DNA from: an uncultured Planctomycetia bacterium
GTDB taxonomy: Bacteria > Omnitrophota > Gorgyraeia > 2-02-FULL-51-18
NCBI GenBank assembly: GCA_964373505.1
Contig: CAYJVC010000001.1
Span: 41,630-105,629, forward strand
DNA length: 64,000 nt
Reading direction: 5' to 3'
The notes beneath the pieces are model-generated. The model worked only from the letters and a program-made list of their open reading frames with translations, searched no databases and was not told where the DNA came from. Shown piece by piece: positions 28,198-37,342 of this stretch. Positions within the stretch are counted from its first letter, which is position 1. Each line of letters starts with the position of its first letter. Position numbers and translations under genes: made by a program.

Positions 28198-29335
28198 GCG
28201 CGTGAATTCCCCCCTTTGTACGGCGTGGGTCGAAGTCGACCTTGGCGCGCTACGGAATAATTTGAGACTTATCCGGAGGCGCATTCGGAAGGGCCGGACG
28301 CAAATACTCGCGGTGGTGAAAGCGGACGCCTATGGGCACGGAATGAAGTCCGTCGCAAAGGCGCTGGCCCGGGAGGGTGTGGGTTTTTTTGGTGTCGCCA
28401 ATATTGACGAGGCCATGGAGCTGCGGAGCGTCTGCCCCAGGCAAAAAATCCTCGTGCTCGGGAGCTTTCACGCGAGTCAACTGCTTTTTTTCATTCGCCA
28501 CCGCATCCTGCCGACTGTTTCTTCGGTCGGGGACATCCGGACCTTGGCGCGCACGTTAAGATCTCGAACGTCCCCGTTTCCGGTCCACGTGAAGATCGAC
28601 ACGGGCATGGGCCGGTTGGGGGTTTGGCACGAGGAGATCGAGCCTTTTTTTAAAATTTTAAAGCAGAATCCGAACGTGGGGGTCGAAGGTATTTACACGC
28701 ATTTTTCAAGCGCCGACAAAAAGGATAAAAGATTCACCCGGAAACAGCTCACGGACTTCGGCCGCGCGGTCCAAAAAATAAAGACGCTTGGCTTCCACCC
28801 CCGGTATATTCATGCAGCCAACAGCATGGGCCTCCTCCGCTTTACGAACGCGCATCTTAATCTTGTGAGGCCCGGGATCGTTTTGTATGGTGTTCAGCCC
28901 GATCGGCGCCTGGCGAAACTAGCGGGACTTAAACCCGTTATGTCGCTTAAAACACGGGTGTGCTTCCTTAAGGATGTGAAAAAGGGCTCGAGCATCAGTT
29001 ACGGCGCTTCGTATGTCACGCCCCGCGCGACGCGGATCGCGACGCTTCCCATCGGTTACAGCCATGGTTACCGTGTCGGATTTTCCAACAAGGCGTTTGT
29101 GCTGATCCGTGGCCGGAGGTATCCGGTGGTGGGGCGGGTGACGATGGACCAGACACTTGTGAACGTGGGCCCCGGGGCACGCGTCCGTCGTTGGGAGACG
29201 GTGACCCTTATCGGGCGTGATAACGGAGCGGTTATTTCAGCCGAAGATCTTGCGACGTTGGCGGGAAGCATCCCCTACGAAGTTGTTTGTTCCATCCACA
29301 GCCGCATCCCGCGGCTCTACAAGGGTGTTCGCTAG
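28187..29335 (+). CDS. alr: Alanine racemase
   Basis: PLP-Lys motif VVKADAYGHG, C-terminal beta domain. Confidence 0.9.
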   Translation: MAGKRVNSPLCTAWVEVDLGALRNNLRLIRRRIRKGRTQILAVVKADAYGHGMKSVAKALAREGVGFFGVANIDEAMELRSVCPRQKILVLGSFHASQLLFFIRHRILPTVSSVGDIRTLARTLRSRTSPFPVHVKIDTGMGRLGVWHEEIEPFFKILKQNPNVGVEGIYTHFSSADKKDKRFTRKQLTDFGRAVQKIKTLGFHPRYIHAANSMGLLRFTNAHLNLVRPGIVLYGVQPDRRLAKLAGLKPVMSLKTRVCFLKDVKKGSSISYGASYVTPRATRIATLPIGYSHGYRVGFSNKAFVLIRGRRYPVVGRVTMDQTLVNVGPGARVRRWETVTLIGRDNGAVISAEDLATLAGSIPYEVVCSIHSRIPRLYKGVR

Positions 29336-29405
29336 CCCCATCCCCTGTTTCCTGCGATCGCAAAGCGATCGGTCCACAGAGCGGAGGAAACAGGGGATGG
29401 GGTGG
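29333..29405 (+). repeat. Structured intergenic element copy E4: arms CCCCATCCCCTGTTTCC / GGAAACAGGGGATGGGG, followed by T-rich tract (terminator-like) after alr
   Basis: 17-bp perfect inverted repeat (29336-29352 vs 29384-29400). Inner TGCGATCGCA palindrome. Shares 12-mer AAGCGATCGGTC with E3. GTG in right arm not followed by a plausible gene. Confidence 0.8.
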
Positions 29406-29414
29406 TTCTTTTCT

Positions 29415-29443
29415 TTGGACAGCACTTTATTTCATGTTATAAT
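29415..29443 (+). promoter_or_regulatory. Near-consensus sigma70-type promoter TTGGAC-N17-TATAAT for the ilvB operon, in an AT-rich 130-nt leader
   Basis: ttggac(29415-29420), 17 nt, tataat(29438-29443). 11-bp palindrome ATTTACTAAAT at 29450-29460 near predicted TSS. T8 run at ~29492-29500. Confidence 0.5.
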
Positions 29444-29539
29444 AACAAGATTTACTAAATTCACCTGATATTAACCAGGCGAATAAGTGCTTTTTTTTGT
29501 CATTTAATCTTTTAACAGTAAAGGACTTAGGAAACTTCG

Positions 29540-31216
29540 ATGGCGAAAATGTCCGGCGCTCAGGCGGTTGTGGAAGCGTTCTCAAAAGAAGGGGTAGAGT
29601 ACGTGTTCGGCCTGCCCGGTGGCGCCTGTCTGCCTCTTTTTGATGCGCTGTACGACGCCAAGTTCAAGGTGATCCTTGTGCGCCATGAACAGGGCGCCGT
29701 GCATATGGCCGAAGGGTATGCGCGCTCAACGGGCCGGCCCGGCGTCGTGGTGGTGACTTCGGGCCCCGGCGCGACGAACACCGTGACCGGCATTGCCGAC
29801 GCTTACATGGATTCAATACCGCTGGTGGTGGTCACGGGCCAGGTGAAGACATTTTTGATCGGCAATGACGCGTTTCAGGAAGCGGATGTGACCGGCATTA
29901 CGCGCCCGGTCACGAAACATAATTACCTCGTAAAAGACGCCGCGGACCTGCCACGCGTGTTGAAAGAAGCGTTTTATATCGCCACGCACGGTCGTCCGGG
30001 GCCGGTGTTGATCGATTTTCCGTCGGATGTGAGCTTGACAGAGATCGATTTTGAGTACCCGTCGAGCGTGAATGTCCGTGGATTCAAGCCGGTGCTTTTG
30101 GGCCATCCCGGTCAGATCCGGAAGGCGTTCGATCTCATCATAAAGTCAAAACGCCCCGTGGTTTACACAGGGGGCGGCGTGATCGTCGCGAACGCTTCGA
30201 AGGAACTCATCGAGTTCGTGCAAAAGACGAATGCTCCTTGCACGAACACGCTCATGGGACTCGGCGGCGTGCCGGGGACGCACCCGCTTTTCATGGGGAT
30301 GCTCGGCATGCACGGCACCGTTTACGCGAATAAGGCCGTGAACGAATGCGATCTTTTGATCGCGGTGGGCGCGCGCTTTGACGACCGGGTGACGGGGGAC
30401 CTTACGAAGTTCGCTCCGAAGGCCAAGATCATCCACATCGACGTCGACCCCTCGGCGATCGCCAAGAACGTGAAGGTCGATGTGCCGATCGTAGGCGATG
30501 TGAAGCAGGTGCTTCAGGAACTCAACAAGATGGTGGGCCCGGTCGATACGAAGGAATGGCTTACGCAGATCGCCGCCTGGAGAAAGGAAAGCCCGCTTCG
30601 TTACGGCAATGACGGCGAGGACGTCCGCCCGCAGTATGCAATCCAGAGGCTTTGTGATATTTTGGGGACTGATGCGATCGTTTCGACGGATGTGGGCCAG
30701 CACCAGATGTGGGCCGCCCAGTATTACGTGTTGAGCGGACCGAACCAATTCCTGACGAGCGGGGGGCTAGGCACGATGGGCTACGGTTTTCCGGCGGCCA
30801 TCGGCGCGCAGTTCGCATTCCCGAAGAAGACGGTGCTCTGTATCACCGGCGACGGATCGTTCCAGATGAATATCCAGGAGATGGCCACCGCGGTGTACAA
30901 CAAGTTGCCCGTAAAGATCGCGATCATCAATAACAATTACCTGGGCATGGTGCGGCAGTGGCAGGAGATCTTTTACAAGCACCGTTATTCCAGTTCCGAG
31001 ATGAGCGGGAATCCTGATTTTGTGAAACTCGCCGAGGCTTATGGCGCCAAAGGCATTCGTGCGACAAAAATGAAAGAGGTGGACGACGCCATTCGATTCG
31101 CGCAGTCGGTGAAGGATGTGCCCTGCGTGATCGATTTTATTGTAAAGGAAGAGGAGAACGTTTACCCGATGATCCCGTCGGGCAAGTCACTCGATCAGCT
31201 GATGGATATGGCCTGA
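29540..31216 (+). CDS. ilvB: Acetolactate synthase large (catalytic) subunit, ThDP-dependent
   Basis: 558 aa. ThDP-binding GDGSFQMNIQEMATA..NN motif, FAD-binding middle domain. Confidence 0.95.
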   Translation: MAKMSGAQAVVEAFSKEGVEYVFGLPGGACLPLFDALYDAKFKVILVRHEQGAVHMAEGYARSTGRPGVVVVTSGPGATNTVTGIADAYMDSIPLVVVTGQVKTFLIGNDAFQEADVTGITRPVTKHNYLVKDAADLPRVLKEAFYIATHGRPGPVLIDFPSDVSLTEIDFEYPSSVNVRGFKPVLLGHPGQIRKAFDLIIKSKRPVVYTGGGVIVANASKELIEFVQKTNAPCTNTLMGLGGVPGTHPLFMGMLGMHGTVYANKAVNECDLLIAVGARFDDRVTGDLTKFAPKAKIIHIDVDPSAIAKNVKVDVPIVGDVKQVLQELNKMVGPVDTKEWLTQIAAWRKESPLRYGNDGEDVRPQYAIQRLCDILGTDAIVSTDVGQHQMWAAQYYVLSGPNQFLTSGGLGTMGYGFPAAIGAQFAFPKKTVLCITGDGSFQMNIQEMATAVYNKLPVKIAIINNNYLGMVRQWQEIFYKHRYSSSEMSGNPDFVKLAEAYGAKGIRATKMKEVDDAIRFAQSVKDVPCVIDFIVKEEENVYPMIPSGKSLDQLMDMA

Positions 31217-31354
31217 TGAATAAATCCGAAGCACGAAATCCGAAATCCGAAACACAAAATTCAAAACAAAGGTTTCGGTCATTCGAATTTAGGGTTTCGA
31301 ATTTGTTTCGTGCTTCGTGCTTCGAATTTAGGATTTAGCACGAAAGGAGGATTT
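31217..31354 (+). repeat. AT-rich repeat-laden spacer between ilvB and ilvN: tandem CGAAATC x3, TTCGAATTT x3, TTCGAATTTAGG x2, forming a ~35-nt imperfect inverted repeat
   Basis: Left half AATCCGAAGCACGAAATCCGAAATCCGAAACAC is near-reverse-complement of right half GGTTTCGAATTTGTTTCGTGCTTCGTGCTTCGAATT. GC ~35% vs ~58% flanks. Confidence 0.6.
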
Positions 31355-31867
31355 TTGGCGATACATGACGTTACCCCCATTACTGAGCATATATTATCGG
31401 TGCTTGTGGAGAACCGGGCCGGGGTGCTGTCTCATGTTGTCGGGCTTTTCTCGGCGCGCGGATTCAACATCGATTCACTCGCGGTTGGTGAAACCGAAGA
31501 CCCGACGATGTCACGCATTACGCTCGTGACGCAGTGCGATCTGAAGACCTTTGAGCAGGTCAAGAAGCAGCTCAACAAGCTGATCGACACGATCAAGGTG
31601 CAGGACCTCACCGAGGAGGGCTATGTGGACCGTGAGCTCATGATGGTCAAGCTCGCGAACTCTGAAGAGACCCGGCGCGCGCTCGAGGGCCCCTTGAAAC
31701 AGTACCGTGTGCAGGTGGTCGCACAGAACGAGAAGCTTGTGATCTTGGAGAGCACGGAGTCGCGGGAAAACTCCAAGAAGATATTCGAGATTTTCAGGAA
31801 ATTGGGGGTTAAGGAAGTGGCGCAGACCGGGGTGGTCGCGCTTTCAAAAAAGACCCCGAAGGAATAA
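31355..31867 (+). CDS. ilvN: Acetolactate synthase small (regulatory, ACT-domain) subunit. Probable TTG start 8 nt after GGAGG
   Basis: [37 protein letters not shown] motif. ORF-caller start 31310 lies inside the repeat spacer. SD aaaggagg at 31343-31350. Confidence 0.8.
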   Translation: MAIHDVTPITEHILSVLVENRAGVLSHVVGLFSARGFNIDSLAVGETEDPTMSRITLVTQCDLKTFEQVKKQLNKLIDTIKVQDLTEEGYVDRELMMVKLANSEETRRALEGPLKQYRVQVVAQNEKLVILESTESRENSKKIFEIFRKLGVKEVAQTGVVALSKKTPKE

Positions 31868-31881
31868 GGGAAAGGCTGGAT

Positions 31882-32868
31882 ATGGTAAAGATCTATTACG
31901 ACAATGATGCGGACTTGTCATTGATCCGGAGTAAGGCAGTAGGGATGATCGGGTACGGCATTCAGGGGCGCGGTCAGGCGCTCAACTTAAGGGACAGCGG
32001 TGTCCGGGTGATCGTGTCCCAAAGACCCGGCGGGCCGAACCACGCGCAAGCCGTGAAGGATGGTTTCGACCCCGTGGAGGCCTCGGAGCTTGCCGGAAAG
32101 TCCGACGTGATCATCGTCCTGGCGCAGGATCCGCTGCAGGCCGAGATCTACAAAAAATCGGTCGCGCCGCATCTGACAAAAGGCAAGGCACTGGCGTTTT
32201 CGCACGGATTCAATATCCATTTCAAGCAGATCGTCCCGCCGAAGTTCGTGGACGTTTTCATGGTGGCCCCGAAGGGGCCGGGCAGCCTTGTGCGGCGCCT
32301 TTACGAAGAGGGTAAAGGCGTTCCGTGCCTCGTGGCCATCTACCAGGACGCTACGAAAACATGTAAGGAGCTCGCGCTTTCCTACGCGAAGGCGCTCGGC
32401 GGCACGCGCGCCGGCGTGATCGAAACCACGTTTAAAGAGGAGACCGAAACGGATCTTTTTGGCGAGCAGTCGGTGTTGTGCGGCGGCACGAGCGCTCTCA
32501 TCAAGGCGGGTTTTGAGACGCTCGTGAAGGCCGGTTACCAGCCGGAGGTCGCGTATTTCGAATGTTTGCACGAGCTGAAACTTATCACGGACATGATATA
32601 CGCCACGGGCATTCAGGGCATGAGAAAACGAGTGTCGGACACGGCCGAGTACGGCGACTTGACGCGCGGCCCGCGCATCGTGAACCAGAAAACGCGCGCC
32701 CAAATGCAGAAGATCCTCAAGGACATCCAATCGGGGAAATTCGCGAAGGAGTTTTTGGCGGACTATCACAAGGGCAAAAAGAATTTTGAGAAATTGCGCC
32801 ATGCGGATGACGACCATCCCATTGAAAAAGTAGGAGCGAAGCTCCGCGGAATGATGCGCTGGTTATAA
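31882..32868 (+). CDS. ilvC: Ketol-acid reductoisomerase (class I, short form)
   Basis: Rossmann [17 protein letters not shown], catalytic C-terminal knotted domain, 328 aa. Confidence 0.95.
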   Translation: MVKIYYDNDADLSLIRSKAVGMIGYGIQGRGQALNLRDSGVRVIVSQRPGGPNHAQAVKDGFDPVEASELAGKSDVIIVLAQDPLQAEIYKKSVAPHLTKGKALAFSHGFNIHFKQIVPPKFVDVFMVAPKGPGSLVRRLYEEGKGVPCLVAIYQDATKTCKELALSYAKALGGTRAGVIETTFKEETETDLFGEQSVLCGGTSALIKAGFETLVKAGYQPEVAYFECLHELKLITDMIYATGIQGMRKRVSDTAEYGDLTRGPRIVNQKTRAQMQKILKDIQSGKFAKEFLADYHKGKKNFEKLRHADDDHPIEKVGAKLRGMMRWL

Positions 32869-32874
32869 GATCAT

Positions 32875-32983
32875 TGTGACGTTCACGGGTGACGCGAGGC
32901 GGGGCGCCCCATTCGCGCGCAGCGAACCTCAGTTACGCGAGCAAGAATGGGGCTGCCGAGCGGCAGGACCCGTGAACGTCACA
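32875..32983 (+). repeat. Nested palindromic intergenic element (family 2) between ilvC and leuA: outer 16-bp perfect arms TGTGACGTTCACGGGT / ACCCGTGAACGTCACA enclosing three GC hairpins
   Basis: Arms 32875-32890 vs 32968-32983. Inner GGGGCGCCCC (32901-32910), GCCCCATTC..GAATGGGGC (32906-32914/32945-32953), CTGCCGagCGGCAG (32953-32966). Confidence 0.75.
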
Positions 32984-32996
32984 TAGAGAGTGTTTT

Positions 32997-34553
32997 ATGG
33001 ATGATAAAAACAAAATCTACATATTTGACACGACGCTTCGCGACGGCGAACAATCGCCGGGTGCCAGCCTCGACCAAAAAGGAAAGCTCGAGATCGCCCG
33101 GCAGCTGGCCCAGCTACGCGTAGACGTGATCGAGGCGGGTTTCCCCGTGACCTCTCCCGGGGATGCCGCAGCCGTGAGATCCATCGCAAAAGAAGTGAAA
33201 GGCCCCGTTATTTGTGCGCTGGCGCGCACGGTCCAAAAAGACATTGACATTGCCCTCGAGTCTTTAAAGCCCGCGAATCGGAGCCGTCTCCACGTTTTCA
33301 TCGCGACCTCTGAGATCCACCGCAAATACAAATTAAACAAGGCCAAGGAAGAGATCGTCCGGATCGCGACCGCGTCCGTGAGGTACGCGAGGGAACGTAT
33401 CGGCGAGGTTGAGTTCTCTCCGGAGGATGCTTCTCGCACCGAACCGCCTTTTTTGTACGAGGTGCTCGAGGCCGTGATCCAAGCCGGCGCACGGGTGCTG
33501 AACATCCCGGACACCGTCGGCTATGCAACCCCGTTCGAGTTCGGGAACCTGATTAAAGGCATTTTTGAGAATGTTCCCAGTATCGGCAAGACGATCGTGA
33601 GCGTCCACTGTCACAACGACCTGGGTCTGGCGGTCGCCAATTCACTCGCGGCCGTGAAGTTCGGCGCGCGCCAAGTCGAGTGCACCGTGAACGGCATCGG
33701 CGAGCGCGCCGGGAACGCGGCCATGGAAGAGGTCGTGATGGCTCTCGACACGCGCCGGGACATCTTTGGCGACAAGGTCACCCAAGTCCGAAAAGACCAG
33801 ATCTGCAAGACGAGCCGTCTGGTGAGCTCGCTCACCGGCATGATGGTCCAGGCGAACAAGGCCGTCGTGGGGCGCAACGCATTCACGCATGAGTCGGGCA
33901 TCCATCAGGACGGCCTTTTGAAGCTGAGAAAGACCTATGAGATCATGCGGCCCGAGGAAGTGGGATTCGGTGAGACACAGCTCGTGCTCGGCAAGCACTC
34001 GGGGCGGCATGCGCTCGAAAATCGTCTGGCGAAGCTCGGTTACAAATTGAACCCGAAAGAGCTCGAGACGGTGTTCGAAAATTTCAAACACTTGGCCGAC
34101 AAGAAAAAAGAGGTATTTGACGACGACCTGGCCGCGCTTGTGGACAAAGAGATCGTGTCCACGCCAAAAACCTATGAGCTCGTGTATCTCAGCGCACTGA
34201 CCGAATCGGAAAAAGCCCCGAAGGTCTCACTTAAGATCAAGCACAAGGACCGTGTGCTGTCCGCGGCCGGCACCGGCTCGGGCCCCGTGGACGCCGCCTA
34301 CAAAACGATCGACAAGATCTTGAAGTCCAAGAGCACGCTTTTGGATTATAAGATCCGCTCCGTGACCGTCGGCAAGGACGCGCAAGGCGAGGTGACCGTG
34401 AAAGTTGAAGGTTCCCGCGGCGAGGTGGCGATCGGGCAGGGTTTGAGCACCGACGTCATAGAGGCTTCCGTCAAGGCGTATTTGGCGGCACTCAATAAAC
34501 TTCATCAAAGGTCGGCGCCGCCAGGCAAAGAAAAAACGGCGCATGGCGTTTAG
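32997..34553 (+). CDS. leuA: 2-isopropylmalate synthase (long form with C-terminal LeuA regulatory domain)
   Basis: [29 protein letters not shown] (TIM-barrel metal site), ~150-aa C-terminal regulatory domain. Citramalate synthase not excluded. Confidence 0.8.
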   Translation: MDDKNKIYIFDTTLRDGEQSPGASLDQKGKLEIARQLAQLRVDVIEAGFPVTSPGDAAAVRSIAKEVKGPVICALARTVQKDIDIALESLKPANRSRLHVFIATSEIHRKYKLNKAKEEIVRIATASVRYARERIGEVEFSPEDASRTEPPFLYEVLEAVIQAGARVLNIPDTVGYATPFEFGNLIKGIFENVPSIGKTIVSVHCHNDLGLAVANSLAAVKFGARQVECTVNGIGERAGNAAMEEVVMALDTRRDIFGDKVTQVRKDQICKTSRLVSSLTGMMVQANKAVVGRNAFTHESGIHQDGLLKLRKTYEIMRPEEVGFGETQLVLGKHSGRHALENRLAKLGYKLNPKELETVFENFKHLADKKKEVFDDDLAALVDKEIVSTPKTYELVYLSALTESEKAPKVSLKIKHKDRVLSAAGTGSGPVDAAYKTIDKILKSKSTLLDYKIRSVTVGKDAQGEVTVKVEGSRGEVAIGQGLSTDVIEASVKAYLAALNKLHQRSAPPGKEKTAHGV

Positions 34554-34558
34554 CCCCC

Positions 34559-35422
34559 ATGCATGGTCCGGAAATGATCCTTAATGCCCAGACCCACGTG
34601 TACGGGATTTTCGGCCATCCGGTGCATCATTCGCTTTCGCCGCTTCTGTACAACACGCTTTTCCGCGAGCTTAAGATGAACGCCGCGTACATGGCGTTTG
34701 AGGTTCGACGCGAATCGTTGGTGCTCGCGTTTGAGGCGATCCGCGCGCTGGGTTTGAAAGGCGTGAACCTCACGATCCCGCACAAGGAAGCGGCGATGGA
34801 CCTCGTGGATGAAGTGCCCGAGGATATTGACCGCCGCATCGGCGCGCTCAATACGGTCGTCAATAGGAACGGGCGACTTTTCGGTTATAACACCGACGGC
34901 AAAGGTTTTTTAACGGCGTTGCACGAAGAGCTTTTATTCCAACCCGAGGGAAAGACCGTGCTGGTTCTAGGCGCGGGAGGCGCGGCGCGGGCTGTGGTTT
35001 TTTCTATCGCCTGCGCACACGCGGACCGGATCCTGATCTACAACCGGACCCGGGCGCGCGCCCGGGGACTGGGGGATTACCTGGAAGATTATTTCCCGGA
35101 AACCGAGATCGATCTCCCCGAGAGCCTCGAGGAACTTAAAAAGGAAAAGATATCCCTGGTCGTGAACGCGACTTCGCTCGGCATGCGCGGAACCGATGAG
35201 TTGCCCGCGGACCTTCGTTTTCTCTCCGCCAAGGCGAGCATTTATGACCTTGTATACGCGCCCGCCGAGACCAAGTTTTTGCAGCTTGCGAAAAAACTCG
35301 GGCTTCCGTGCGCGAATGGGCTCGGCATGCTGGCGGCGCAGGCGGCGTTCGCGTTTGAACTCTGGACCGGTAAAAAGGAAGGGGTGCGGGAGTGGATGCT
35401 TGAGGCCCTGAAACGATGTTGA
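34559..35422 (+). CDS. aroE: Shikimate dehydrogenase
   Basis: YGIFGHPVHHSLSP, NLTIPHK, GAGGAARAV (NADP Rossmann) motifs. Confidence 0.85.
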   Translation: MHGPEMILNAQTHVYGIFGHPVHHSLSPLLYNTLFRELKMNAAYMAFEVRRESLVLAFEAIRALGLKGVNLTIPHKEAAMDLVDEVPEDIDRRIGALNTVVNRNGRLFGYNTDGKGFLTALHEELLFQPEGKTVLVLGAGGAARAVVFSIACAHADRILIYNRTRARARGLGDYLEDYFPETEIDLPESLEELKKEKISLVVNATSLGMRGTDELPADLRFLSAKASIYDLVYAPAETKFLQLAKKLGLPCANGLGMLAAQAAFAFELWTGKKEGVREWMLEALKRC

Positions 35423-36198
35423 ACCTGGCCGCTTTTGCGTTCGGCGCGATCGTAGGAAGTTTTCTGAACGTCTGTATTTTCCGTCTTCCCAAGGAGGAAT
35501 CGGTGGTGTTCCCGGGGTCGCACTGCACCCGCTGCGATCACGCGATCGCCTGGCACGACAACATCCCGATCGTGAGCTTCTTTGCGCTGAAAGGCAAATG
35601 CCGCCATTGCGGGTCCGGGATCTCCCGGCAATACCTGGTGGTTGAAATTCTGACGGCGGGTTTGTTTGTTTTCTTTTATCAGTTCTTCGGGCTGTCCGTG
35701 AAGGGCGCGGTGTATCTTTTGCTGACGCTGGCGCTCATCGTGGAGAGCGCCATCGATTTCAGGCACCGGATCATTCCGGACAGCATCACGCTTCCGGGGA
35801 TCGCGGTGGGCCTAGCGCTCTCGACGGCCTTTCCCTCGCTACAGGCCGAGACGATTTTTTGGAAGGGTTTGTTGCGGGCGCTTTTGGGGATGATCGTGGG
35901 CGGAGGATTTCTTTACCTTACGGGAACTCTGGCCGAATTTATTCTGAAAAAAGAAGCGATGGGCGGCGGGGACGTGAAGCTTTTGGCGATGATCGGCGCT
36001 TGTTTGGGCGTGAAGGCTGTCCTGTGGACGATCTTTGTCTCGTCGTTGGTCGGTGCCGTCATCGGGTTGTTCCAGCGCCTCCGGGGCGGGGAGGAAAGGA
36101 TCCCTTACGGGCCGTACCTGGGCCTGGCGGCGGTGCTGTACATGTTCTTCGGCGGCCCGGTGATCGCTTGGTATATGAATTCATTGAGATTCAGTTGA
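35416..36198 (+). CDS. pilD: Prepilin (type IV pilin) leader peptidase / N-methyltransferase, A24 family
   Basis: N-term CxxC..CxxC Zn module (CTRCDH, CRHCG), catalytic Asp-containing TM core (GGGDVKLL). Confidence 0.85.
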   Translation: MLNLAAFAFGAIVGSFLNVCIFRLPKEESVVFPGSHCTRCDHAIAWHDNIPIVSFFALKGKCRHCGSGISRQYLVVEILTAGLFVFFYQFFGLSVKGAVYLLLTLALIVESAIDFRHRIIPDSITLPGIAVGLALSTAFPSLQAETIFWKGLLRALLGMIVGGGFLYLTGTLAEFILKKEAMGGGDVKLLAMIGACLGVKAVLWTIFVSSLVGAVIGLFQRLRGGEERIPYGPYLGLAAVLYMFFGGPVIAWYMNSLRFS

Positions 36199-36217
36199 TA
36201 AGACAGGAGAAGAGCTT

Positions 36218-37342
36218 ATGCTTCGTTTTTTAACCGGGGGTGAATCGCACGGCAAGTGTTTGTTGGCCATCCTGGAAGGGATGGTGGCCGGTCTTACGGT
36301 CGACGAGAAAGATATCAATTTTGAGCTCTCGAGACGGCAGGAAGGTTACGGCCGCGGCGGCCGCATGGCGATCGAAAAGGATCGCGTGGAGATCCTGTCG
36401 GGGGTCCGTTCCCGCAAGACGATCGGCGGCCCCATCGCACTCATGGTGCCGAACAACGATTTCAAAATCCATGAGCTTCCGGCGGTGAAGCGACCGAGGC
36501 CCGGGCACGCGGATCTGGTGGGTGCCCTGAAATACGGCCGCGAAGATGTCCGTGATGTTTTGGAGCGTGCGAGCGCTCGGGAGACGGCCGCGCGTGTGGC
36601 CGTCGGCAGTGTGTGCATGCTTTTCTTAAAGGAGTTCCACGTGGACATCCTGAGTCACGTAGTTTCGGTCGGAGGCGTCACGGCCGACACACGGGGTTTA
36701 AGTTTCGAGGAGATCCAAAAAGAATCCATGGCGTCTCCGATGCACTGTGCGGACAAGGCCGCCGCCAAGCGCATGATGGCGCGCGTGGACGAGGCGCGTG
36801 CCTCAAAAGACACGATCGGCGGCATCTTTGAAATCATTGTCCGCGGCGCGCCCGTGGGCTTGGGCAGCTTCGTTCATTATGACCGAAGGCTTTCGGGAAG
36901 GCTCGGCGCGGCACTTTTGTCGATCCAGGCCGTGAAAGGCGTCGAGTTCGGCATGGGCTTCAAGGTCTCCGAAGTGCTGGGCAAGTACGTGCATGACGAG
37001 ATCTTTCATGACAGGACGAAGGGCTTCCACCGAAAGACCAACAACGCCGGCGGTTTGGAGGGGGGCGTCACCAATGGCGAGAACCTTGTGCTTCGCGCGG
37101 CCACCAAACCTTACGCGACCCTGATGAAACCGCTGAGCTCCGTGAATATTGACTCGAAAAAAAAAGAAGCGGCGACCGTCGAACGTTCCGATGTCACGGC
37201 CGTGCCGGCCTGCGGGGTCGTCGGCGAAGCGATGGTCGCTTTTGAGCTTGCGAACAGTTTCCTCGAGAAGTTCGGCGGCGATAGCCTCCAGGAGACCCGG
37301 CGCAATTACAAAGGCTACCTCAAACAAATTTCAAGGTTCTGA
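36218..37342 (+). CDS. aroC: Chorismate synthase
   Basis: MLRFLTGGESHG..., GRSSARETA-like and RSDVTAVPA motifs, 374 aa. Confidence 0.95.
   Translation: MLRFLTGGESHGKCLLAILEGMVAGLTVDEKDINFELSRRQEGYGRGGRMAIEKDRVEILSGVRSRKTIGGPIALMVPNNDFKIHELPAVKRPRPGHADLVGALKYGREDVRDVLERASARETAARVAVGSVCMLFLKEFHVDILSHVVSVGGVTADTRGLSFEEIQKESMASPMHCADKAAAKRMMARVDEARASKDTIGGIFEIIVRGAPVGLGSFVHYDRRLSGRLGAALLSIQAVKGVEFGMGFKVSEVLGKYVHDEIFHDRTKGFHRKTNNAGGLEGGVTNGENLVLRAATKPYATLMKPLSSVNIDSKKKEAATVERSDVTAVPACGVVGEAMVAFELANSFLEKFGGDSLQETRRNYKGYLKQISRF

Noticed and set aside
29450-29460. 11-bp palindrome ATTTACTAAAT as a dedicated repressor operator
   Set aside because: Short AT palindromes are common by chance in AT-rich promoter regions. 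Kept only as a note inside the E4/promoter finding.
29402-29461. 19-codon ORF (VVLFFGQHFISCYNNKIY) starting at the GTG of element E4, considered as an ilv leader peptide
   Set aside because: Only weakly enriched in Ile/Leu/Val. The predicted ilvB promoter (-35 at 29415) lies inside it, so a transcript from that promoter would not contain its start.
31217-31354. CRISPR-like or tRNA-like interpretation of the ilvB-ilvN repeats (TTCGAA reminiscent of the T-loop)
   Set aside because: Repeat units are 7-12 nt, irregularly spaced, with no spacer structure. No cloverleaf can be drawn. There are no cas genes.
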